This document shows, in pieces, positions 8,937 to 17,700 of a stretch of DNA of 64,000 nt. The notes beneath the pieces were generated by a model. The model was not told the origin of the DNA. It saw nothing but the letters and a program-made list of their open reading frames with translations, and made no database searches. The translations under genes and the position numbers were made by a program. How positions within the stretch are numbered: the first letter of the stretch is position 1; each line of letters begins with the position of its first letter. Source of the DNA: a virus (lineage: Duplodnaviria; Caudoviricetes); IMG/VR virus record IMGVR_UViG_3300025735_000294, positions 25,860 through 89,859 of that record, one strand, 5' to 3'.

Positions 8937-10289
8937 GTGGCAGTGCCAGGCATCACTTATCAATCATTATTTGCCGCGACGAGCATAGATGCTGTTATAG
9001 GCATTGTAGCAGCGGCACGCTTTAAGCAAACGAGGCTTGGGCGAAGTAGTTTTGTTGTGACCAGCAAAGGCAATGAAGTTAAGACAGCTTTTAAGATTGT
9101 GGATGTCAGGGACCTGGTTATCTCAAACAATCTTGACGGTACGATCAACCCTTCCTTTCCTGCGGAACTTCAGCCCCGCGATAGAACGCGACTTTCCAGT
9201 AAGATCCAGGTCAACAGCATTGCTTCAAACCTTCGACCTGCTCAGCTCACAGATTCCGGAATGAGTAGCCATGGAGCTCCAATTGTTGGCAAGGATAATG
9301 TCGTTGAATCGGGTAACGGTCGGTCTATGGGGATTTTACGAGCATATGCTCAAGGCCAGGCTAATGACTACCGGCAATATCTTATCGAACACTCTGCCGA
9401 TTTTGGTATGAAGTCGGATGAAGTGGCCAGAATGGAAATGCCGGTCCTTGTGCGCGAGCGTTTAACTGAAATTGACCGGGCGCAGTTTGCTAAAGATTCC
9501 AATATCTCTGACCTGCAGGAGATGGCCGCCAGCGAAAAGGCATTCGTCGACGCTCAATTTCTCACTGATTCTGTGATGGCTATTTTCAATCCTTCGGATG
9601 ACGGAAACCTTTTGGCAAAGTCCAATGATGCATTTATCCGGGCTTTTCTTCGTGAAATAGGCGACACCGCAACAGCGGGTCTTCTTACTGATGACGGACG
9701 TCCAACGAAACAGCTGATCGACCGCGTACAGAATGCCATATTCGCAAAAGCCTACAAGGACGAGCGCTTGGTGAAACTTGTGTCGGAAGAACCCGATCCT
9801 GATATGCGCAATATTCTCACCGCGCTAAACACGGCGGCCAGTGAGTTCGCGCAGATGCAGATGCTTTCAGGCGATGCTCATAAGCACGCTGTGAATGGTC
9901 TGGTTGACGGCATTGAAGAAGCGGCCGGGCTTGATACTCAGGCGATCGCAGCACTCCAGGAGGCAATTAACCTGGTAAGGGAGGCCAAGGATAGTGGTCA
10001 GGCACTGGAGGAAGTAATATCGCAACGTGGTCTGTTTGGCGACAGCTCCCCAGAAGCTGAAGCGCTAGCTATATTCATCGTATCCAACAACAGAAGCGCA
10101 AAACGAATGGGGGCTGCGTTTAAGTTGCTGGCATCCAAAATCAACAGTGAGCTCACTCACCAGCAGCAGGCGCTTGGGGATATGTTTGGTGGCGGTGAAG
10201 TGGATCTGCGTAGCGTTCTGACAGCGGTATCTGCAGAAATGGAGCAAGAGTTTGGAGAAGGGAAGGGGCTAGACTTCTCAATGTTCTGA
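8937..10289 (+). CDS. ddrB: DdrB-like protein (ParB-like domain), short form
   Basis: ELQPRDRTR, LTDSG.SSHGAPI.G.DN.VESGNGR and FAKDSNISDLQEMAASEKAFVDA match the N-half of P1 DdrB. Confidence 0.85.
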   Translation: MAVPGITYQSLFAATSIDAVIGIVAAARFKQTRLGRSSFVVTSKGNEVKTAFKIVDVRDLVISNNLDGTINPSFPAELQPRDRTRLSSKIQVNSIASNLRPAQLTDSGMSSHGAPIVGKDNVVESGNGRSMGILRAYAQGQANDYRQYLIEHSADFGMKSDEVARMEMPVLVRERLTEIDRAQFAKDSNISDLQEMAASEKAFVDAQFLTDSVMAIFNPSDDGNLLAKSNDAFIRAFLREIGDTATAGLLTDDGRPTKQLIDRVQNAIFAKAYKDERLVKLVSEEPDPDMRNILTALNTAASEFAQMQMLSGDAHKHAVNGLVDGIEEAAGLDTQAIAALQEAINLVREAKDSGQALEEVISQRGLFGDSSPEAEALAIFIVSNNRSAKRMGAAFKLLASKINSELTHQQQALGDMFGGGEVDLRSVLTAVSAEMEQEFGEGKGLDFSMF

Positions 10290-10337
10290 TCATTACACCG
10301 ACGGCCCGGTCACTCCGGGCATTTTCATTCACGCTGT

Positions 10338-10358
10338 AAATCACACACTCCATAAACT
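10338..10358 (+). promoter_or_regulatory. Late promoter motif (AAATCACA-N7-TAAACT) upstream of portal
   Basis: Motif copy 20 nt before the ATG. Confidence 0.7.
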
Positions 10359-10377
10359 GCCAGCCATATCTATACGG

Positions 10378-12066
10378 ATGGCGAATATGGCAACCAACGA
10401 AAGAAAATCAGGTTTAATGAAGGCTCTCAAAAAAGCCTTTGCTGGTGGGAGTGTGACGCCAGCAGACCCTATTGTTTTCACAAGTGGGCATAGCGTGGTC
10501 GCCAGGTCGGGGCTTTCCTCACTGAATCCAGGAAGTGGAAAAAACATAAATGCGCTTTCAAGCGTAGCAGACGCAGTTAACCTGTCAGCTGAGCTCCCTT
10601 CGGATCGACTATCCCGTTACTCAGTTCTAAACACGATGGCTAAAAGCCCGACGATATCAGCGGCTCTAAATATTCACATCGCTCATGCCCTGGCTCCATC
10701 AAAGAAGACTGGCCTATCATTCTTGATCGCACCAGTAGATAGCGCAGACAAAGAAGCAATAAAACGTTGTGCAGAGCTCACGGCTGATCTGGGTGAAATG
10801 ATAAATACCGGCCTTCCATCATGGACCATGATTATGGCCGTGTTTGGTGTTTCATATTTGCGGCCATACGCCGAAAAAGGAAAGGGCATCACCAGCATGG
10901 AAAGCAGTTATTACACGCTGCCGCATTTCGTGCAGGAGTTCGTCAGAGGCTCGGATCTGGTTGGATTTGGTGGGGATTACCTGCTTGATCCGACGAACAT
11001 GGGACGTATTATTGCGGAGCCATGGAAGCTGGTTCCCATGAAAAATCCTCACTGGATACCTCAGCACAACATCATTCCCATTACGACCGGCACCCGCGGA
11101 TATAGCCTGCTGAGTGAGCAACCAGATAAGCAGCTGATGGAGACGCAGAATTACGGTACGTCATTCCTGGAGCACAGCTATGAGCCTTACTTAAATTTAT
11201 GCGCGGGGCTGGCTTCACTCAAAGCGACCCGTAACAACGCAGCCAAGATTGACCGGCTTATCGCGTTAACAACGAATACCATCGATCCTGTTAATGCTGC
11301 GCTATATACGAACAACGTAGGCCAGTCTCTTATGCGTCACGGGCAATCAATGGCGCAGAAATCCATTAACGGAAACTACATGCCCACAGTCTTCAACCAT
11401 CTGATCCCGGTTATGGGGGATGGCAAGAACGGCGTTACGATCGACACCCAGTACATTCCCGCTGATATCTCAGGGATTGAGGACATCATGTTCCACCTGC
11501 GCCAGCTGGCGGCAAGTTTAGGGATTGATGCAACCATGCTGGGTTGGGCTGACATGATGAGTGGTGGCTTGGGGGAGGGTGGATGGACGCAGACCGCTAT
11601 CCAAGCAGCGCTACGTGGAAACTGGATCAGATTCGCTGCTAAAACATGCATGTATCGCTTAATTGATATTCACCTCGCATTTAAATATGGGAAAGTCTAC
11701 CCGGCTAATGCGCGTCCCTACGTAGTTCAATTCAACTCTATGAATACAGCTATTCAAGAAGAGGAAAATAGAGAGCTTGATGCAAGAGCAAATTTCGTCG
11801 CGATTATTTCTCAGATTATGGAGGCCATTCAGAATAATCCAAAGCTGGCGGGTAGCGACACATTTATGCGTTATCTATTTACCGAGCAGTTACGAATAGA
11901 TGAACAAACATTAGATGGGATGATTAAAGAATTTAAGGCTACTACAGCTGAAGATGACAATGACCAATACATGTATGAATCCGCGCCACTAGCGGCTTCT
12001 GACGCCCCTGAAACTTGGTCTACGCAGCAATTGATTAATTTTGCAAAGTTCGCTCTTGGTAACTGA
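10378..12066 (+). CDS. prt: Portal protein
   Basis: 562 aa; FHLRQLAASLGIDATMLGWAD.MSGGLGEGG motif; followed by pro as in P1. Confidence 0.85.
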   Translation: MANMATNERKSGLMKALKKAFAGGSVTPADPIVFTSGHSVVARSGLSSLNPGSGKNINALSSVADAVNLSAELPSDRLSRYSVLNTMAKSPTISAALNIHIAHALAPSKKTGLSFLIAPVDSADKEAIKRCAELTADLGEMINTGLPSWTMIMAVFGVSYLRPYAEKGKGITSMESSYYTLPHFVQEFVRGSDLVGFGGDYLLDPTNMGRIIAEPWKLVPMKNPHWIPQHNIIPITTGTRGYSLLSEQPDKQLMETQNYGTSFLEHSYEPYLNLCAGLASLKATRNNAAKIDRLIALTTNTIDPVNAALYTNNVGQSLMRHGQSMAQKSINGNYMPTVFNHLIPVMGDGKNGVTIDTQYIPADISGIEDIMFHLRQLAASLGIDATMLGWADMMSGGLGEGGWTQTAIQAALRGNWIRFAAKTCMYRLIDIHLAFKYGKVYPANARPYVVQFNSMNTAIQEEENRELDARANFVAIISQIMEAIQNNPKLAGSDTFMRYLFTEQLRIDEQTLDGMIKEFKATTAEDDNDQYMYESAPLAASDAPETWSTQQLINFAKFALGN

Positions 12067-12078
12067 TTGGAGAGGTTT

Positions 12079-13077
12079 ATGAAAGCGCTAAAAACTGTAA
12101 CTGACCGTTTTTCGTTGGTCGAAACCATTAGAAAACATACGCCGCAAAATGGCAGGAAATACGTACTTGAATCTGTGCGGAATACCTTCAACCGCGCCGA
12201 TGTAAAAGAGCGAATTTCATTAGGTGAGATGTACGGTTATTACGGGCATGGTCGCCGAGCACTATATTACAACAAAAGTAAAAGCCTCAATTTACCGGAG
12301 GTGAGTGTGGTGATGGTGGAAGGCAAGCCGGTAGTGCTGGAAAACGTACCCTCTAACCGTACTTTGGAAGTGTCATTAGACGATGATGGGATCGTGAGCC
12401 ACACCCAAGAAATTTTGGATACTGAGTCCGGAAACATCGTGCAGGGCATGCATAACTCAAATGCTGGTGGCTGGTCCTGGGCGACAAGCGGCAACGACAG
12501 CGCTTTATCGCTTGTCACTGCGTTTGACGGCTTCGATTACGTAACCACCCCAAATTATATCAGCCTGGATCGGGCGCATCTCATGCTTGAATCTGCGAGT
12601 GAGCGCGATGCTGAGTTGCACGCCTCTCTGATTGCCCAGGGATATAGCGAGAACGCCGCGACGGACATTGTTCAGCACTTCGAAAAACTGCGGTCGTACC
12701 AACCAATGCTTGAATCAGTTCATGCTACTGAGTTGGAAGGTGCAATGCTGTCCCGCGATGCTGAAATACTTACCCTGCAGGGACGGTTACGCGAGCAACA
12801 AGCCATGCTTGATAGCCAGAATGATAAAGCCCGGCAGCGTCGAAAGGTGCTTCGAAATGGGGTGAATAATTTACCGATATTTGTCAGCCATCAGCAAAAG
12901 GAGGCTTTGTGCAGACTGGAAACAGCGGAAGATGCAGAAGTGGTTGTCGCTATGCTTGAGTCAATGGGATCGGATGTGACAAAAGGACTTCCAGTTGGCG
13001 ATGCGTTAACCAAAGGGAAAGGCAATCATAATGAACCTGTCTCACCATTCCTCTGGGCTCTAAATAGAAAGTTATAA
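12079..13077 (+). CDS. pro: Prohead processing protease
   Basis: GYYGHGRR, HTQEILDT..G, GGWSWAT and GFDYVTTPNY motifs of T4 gp21/P1 Pro-type proteases. Confidence 0.8.
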   Translation: MKALKTVTDRFSLVETIRKHTPQNGRKYVLESVRNTFNRADVKERISLGEMYGYYGHGRRALYYNKSKSLNLPEVSVVMVEGKPVVLENVPSNRTLEVSLDDDGIVSHTQEILDTESGNIVQGMHNSNAGGWSWATSGNDSALSLVTAFDGFDYVTTPNYISLDRAHLMLESASERDAELHASLIAQGYSENAATDIVQHFEKLRSYQPMLESVHATELEGAMLSRDAEILTLQGRLREQQAMLDSQNDKARQRRKVLRNGVNNLPIFVSHQQKEALCRLETAEDAEVVVAMLESMGSDVTKGLPVGDALTKGKGNHNEPVSPFLWALNRKL

Positions 13078-13194
13078 TTAACAGGTAGTTAAGATCTTAT
13101 GAATAACAAATCTAAACATTTACCACTGCTTCATGTTGATCCGTCTAATGGATCTGAGTAGGATCGCGCTCATCGGATCAGATGATCCAGGCGT

Positions 13195-13225
13195 AAAAAA
13201 ACCGCCTTCGCAGGGCGGTTTCTTT
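13195..13225. terminator. Terminator/attenuator upstream of the repL paralogue
   Basis: AAAAAACCGCC-TTCGCAG-GGCGGTTTCTTT. Confidence 0.6.
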
Positions 13226-13308
13226 ACACTTCATGCAGTGTTGTAGCAAACATTTTCAACGATGACACGCTACAAGCACTGTTCTTATATACATGGATAA
13301 TTATATAG

Positions 13309-14169
13309 ATGTGTAGGATGCCTGGCAATAACAAAGCTGTTGAAATTTCCGGCTTTGAGCTCGCTTTTTTAGTTGCTAACTCATCAATACCGCATGGAGT
13401 CGTGCGGGTTTTATCACAGCTGGCCAATCTTGCAGCCAGCACGCCAAGTTTCTTCATCAGCCGGTCCCACAAGCGAATAGCGGAAGAGGTGCTTTGCAGT
13501 GAATCGACCGTTCGCAGAGCATTCAGGTGGGCTGTTGAAAATGGAATGCTCACTAAGCAGGCTGTGGTTCATGAAAAATCGAACGCCCGGCTGCCTAACC
13601 TGTACCGCTTTTCTTCTTCCTTCTTGTCTTATGCTCGTCACGTTAAAGCTAAGCTGATAGAGAAAAACCTAACCTTTTTCTCCCCGGTCAGAGCAGTAAG
13701 AGATGTGATAGCAAGCCTCAGGGTTTTCTTGAATTTTCATCCACAGCCACCTGTTCAAAATGAACACCCCCCCCTCGGTCAAAATGACCAGGCTAAGAAT
13801 AAGAATTCTTCTTTAAGAAAAACAAAACAACCAGATCCCGATGTGGCTATTCGCAATACTCAAATCACTCGTCGAGAGATGATCCACGAAGTCGCGGCGG
13901 CAAAAGCAGCTGGAAAGAACTTACGTAGTTCTGAGAGACATGCGCGTGAACGACAGCTGAACGAAATAGCTGACAAAAAAGCGAAGAGCTTTGCGTGGGT
14001 GAAATGGTTTAAAGGGAAGCCTAAACGCAAGCTTGGGCTTCCCGAACCGGAATACAACTTTGAAGGCATTCCAACAGTGGCGACGATCAGCGATATGATG
14101 AGTCGCATCTCCGGCGCTGCAGGATCATCATTCTCTGATAATTCAGTGCCTGATGGATTCAGGGGTTAA
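13309..14169 (+). CDS. repL: Second RepL-family lytic replication initiator (paralogue of 51471-52286)
   Basis: SGFELAF.V, LSQLANLAA.T..FFI..SHK.IAEE, STV.RAFR.AV..G.L, NLYRF, PP.QN..P...QND, C-terminal VP.GFRG. Confidence 0.85.
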   Translation: MCRMPGNNKAVEISGFELAFLVANSSIPHGVVRVLSQLANLAASTPSFFISRSHKRIAEEVLCSESTVRRAFRWAVENGMLTKQAVVHEKSNARLPNLYRFSSSFLSYARHVKAKLIEKNLTFFSPVRAVRDVIASLRVFLNFHPQPPVQNEHPPLGQNDQAKNKNSSLRKTKQPDPDVAIRNTQITRREMIHEVAAAKAAGKNLRSSERHARERQLNEIADKKAKSFAWVKWFKGKPKRKLGLPEPEYNFEGIPTVATISDMMSRISGAAGSSFSDNSVPDGFRG

Positions 14170-14660
14170 ACCGCGACAGATCCCCCAGCAGTTTTATAGG
14201 CTGTTACAAGCTTCTCCATTGAGTTTTCATGCTGGCCGTAACCAGCCCCTGGCAAAGATGCCCAGCGAGAGCGACATTTAGTGATCGCCTCTTCAATGCG
14301 ACCAGCGTAAATATCTTCAAGCGCTTTGCACTCTTTGATGAGCTGGATTGCCCATTTATCCTGTGATTCAGGGTTAAAGTCAGGCAAGTTGAGTTGTGCT
14401 TTGTAGTGCGACCAATATTTTACGAGGAATTGATAACGACCTGAAGCTGTGGAGCGTTCGCCCTTGGAGTTAAAAATTTTGCCAGGGCGTCCATCGGCAA
14501 ACGGATGGGTGCTGAAATCGGTAAAAATCTCCGGTTTTCCATCTGTGCCATAAACGATCACGTCATAGCCGTGATTTTTGGTTAGCGGGTGATTTTCGGT
14601 GCCTTCAGATACAGCCAGGGTATATAAAAACGCGTGTAAATTTACTTCTTTCTGATCCAT
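14166..14660 (-). CDS. lyz: Endolysin, lambda R-type lytic transglycosylase
   Basis: AFL..LA.SEGT (catalytic Glu), GYDVIV, STASGRYQFL, WASLPGAGYGQHE; no SAR helix. Confidence 0.92.
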   Translation of the reverse strand: MDQKEVNLHAFLYTLAVSEGTENHPLTKNHGYDVIVYGTDGKPEIFTDFSTHPFADGRPGKIFNSKGERSTASGRYQFLVKYWSHYKAQLNLPDFNPESQDKWAIQLIKECKALEDIYAGRIEEAITKCRSRWASLPGAGYGQHENSMEKLVTAYKTAGGSVAV

Positions 14661-14692
14661 TTTCAAGTTCCGTAATGATGATTGGAACTTGA

Positions 14693-14765
14693 ACCCTATT
14701 GAGTTTGTGATTTTCGCCGTGAGTAGAACATCCGGTACGAGTTGAAATCACATACTCCATACCAT
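14693..14765. promoter_or_regulatory. Divergent pair of late promoters (endolysin on minus, darB on plus)
   Basis: Minus strand AAATCACA-AACTCAA-TAGGGT at 14713-14693; plus strand AAATCACA-TACTCCA-TACCAT at 14745-14765. Confidence 0.7.
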
Positions 14766-14796
14766 CCCCCCACTTTCATGTAGTGGGGGATCACCT

Positions 14797-17700
14797 TTGA
14801 ATCCAGTTAACGCCTTGCTTGCTTCCGCGACAAGCATGGATGAAATTCTTGCGGTAATAGCACGCCTTCATAAACCTCGACCGTTAGCAACATTCGGAGT
14901 CACAAAACGTGAAGGTGTGAGCCTTCAACGTGAGCGCCGTCAGGCTAACGATCTCGCGATAGAACTTTTGCAGTCCCTTCCACAAAACTTTGATGGAAAC
15001 CGGCTAACTGATGATCAGCGGCAGATCCTTGCCCGTTATTCAGGTGAGGGAGGTTTGAAAGGCAAAGAAGGGAGTCAGTACGAATACTACACGCCGCAAT
15101 TTATGGCTGAGGGTATTTGGGATCTCTTTGCTAATTACGGTATTAATGGCGGCCATATGCTTGAGCCTTCAGCCGGTACTGGCATTTTCCAAGAAACAAA
15201 GCTGCCTGGCGCCATAATAACCAGCGCTGAATTATCGCCATTGTCGGGCCGTATAAACCAGCTCCTACACCCTGAGGATGATGTACGCGTAGGGGCATTT
15301 GAAGATCTTGCCTCAAACGTACCGGATAACACATACGATCACGCCGTTGGTAACGTTCCATTTGGGGAAGGGCGCTCAGGAGTTGCCAGTAGGGACCCTG
15401 CCTACGCCAAAGAGATGAACGTAGGCAATTATTTTGTCCTTCGAACAATAGACAAAGTAAAACCAGGTGGCCTGGTCATTCTTGTAGTCCCGAACGGCAT
15501 GACCGACGGGACCAAAAGTAAAAAGTTGCGCGATAAAGTGAGTCGCCGCGCCGAATTCCTTGGCGCCCACCGCATGCCTTCTGGCACCTTCTCTGAGAGT
15601 GGTACAGATACCGTCGTTGATGTCTGGGTACTGCGTAAGCACCCTTCTGAGTTTGAAGATATATTGCGGGATTCCACAGATGCGCAGCTGGCCGGTGCCA
15701 ACGTGCTTTGGTCAACCTTCATAAAGGGTAAGTGGTTCTTGACCACTGAGGGGCGGCGTTTTGTTCATGGTGAGATGGAGCGGACTAATTACCAGAATAT
15801 GCTGGTGGTTAAAAGTGATGGCCGAGTCACAAACGCCGCGATGAAAACAGCTCTTTCACGCCGTTTTGATAGCCGTATTGATTGGGATTCTTTAGGCGTT
15901 GTAACTCCGGCGTGGCAGGGTGCAAAAGAAGGGGATCTTCGTATTGTTGGAGGCATTTGGCATAAATTTGATGGTGTCCGTTGGGTCATTGATGCTGAGT
16001 CATTCAGTCTTCATGTTGATGAAGCGCGTTATGGCGCGAAGACCCAAAGTGAACTCCATGCCAAAATCGGCAGTACCCAAGGCATCCTTTCTCTGACCCT
16101 TGAACAGATAGCGGCGATCGCCAATGACTATCCGAGCCTCATCCCTGACGACATGGCCTCATTGCTCCGGTTTGTGTTGAAGCAACGTAAGAAAGACCGG
16201 GAGAGAATCTGGCGTGGCTCAATCGTGGGGCTGAAGATAAACCGCGCGATGGATCTGCGCTCGCTTGGGCAAGAATTCACTGACGTTATGGCTGACGCAG
16301 CGCAACTGACTGCAAGTGAGATCGACCGATACGGCAAGCCAGGCGATGTTAAGTTGAAAGACCTTAGCGAAGCAGGTAGCCGCCACTGGCTAACCTTTGC
16401 GGGTAATGTAACAACTGATGGTAGCACCTCTGCGCTTCTTAATGGCCAGATCGACGTATCCGACGGCGCTGCAGGTATCGACTTCTCTAAACCAGATCAG
16501 GTTGTGGCCCACTTATTCAGTGATGTGGCCCTGGTCCCTGTTTCCCTTGCTGAATTCCGAGCGACGTTCGCCGGTGAACTCCCTGCTGACGATGATGCAC
16601 TACTCAACTGGTTAGCGACCTTCCCTGAAATCGCAATAGACGGCTTCGGCAACATCCTCCCTATGGGCCGTGCCGCCAGCGGCGATATCAAGTCCAAGGT
16701 TTCGGCGCTGGTGGCGCTTCTTGAAAGCGCCACAGGTGAGCAGAAGGCGAACTTTGAGCGTCAACTGGCCCTTATAAACGAGAAACGAGAGTTCACACCA
16801 CTGGATAAAGTAACAGTGAACATGAATGCTCGCTGGCTTGATCGTCGGCTCATAAAAGAGTTTCTCGCTGAGCAAGGGTATGACGAGTTCAAATACACCG
16901 AACCTGAAATGCAGATCGTGGATGGAGTTCTCGTTTCTGCTGATGACTATGACGGCAAGGATGGGGTGTTTACTGGCTATCAAATGCGAACCGTGTCGGG
17001 CAAGAACGGTAATGAATTCAAGAAGGCTAACAACAAAGATGGCTTCCTGAATCAGCTTGAGAACTACCTGAACGGGGTTAAACCGCGTGGGGTAAACGCT
17101 AACGAATACCTCGATAAGATTGCCGCGCTGGAGACGTCCTTCAACGACTGGTTACGTACTCATCCCAACGCAGAAAGCATTGCTAACGACTATAACGACG
17201 CTTTCAATGGCTACATCCCTTTCAGCCACTCCTCTGCTCCACTGGGATTAACCGGCATTAGCGGTAAACGAATTCCCCTTAGCTACCAAAACGAAGAGGT
17301 TCGCCGCCTATCTGAAGACGGTCGCGGTATTATGGGTTTCGGTACTGGGTTAGGGAAAACGACAACTGCATTGGCACTGGAAGCCTACAACTTTGAAACA
17401 GGGCGCACGAAGCGTACTTGTATTGCGGTTCCGAAGGCCGTGTATCAAAACTGGTATCACGAAGCTCAAGGCTTTTACAGCCAGGAAGCCTTTGCTGGAA
17501 TGCTCTTTGTTGGTCTGGATGAGGTGATGAATGAAGGGGGAGAAATTTCAACAGCGCCGGTGCTCGATGAGAATGGGGAGCCTCGCCTTGATAGTGCTGG
17601 TATCGCCATTTTGCGTAATGTCGTTAAAGAGTCCAGCAGCGCGACGGTGATTCAGCGTATGAACATGATCCCAACATCCAATTACCGAACGGTGATCATG

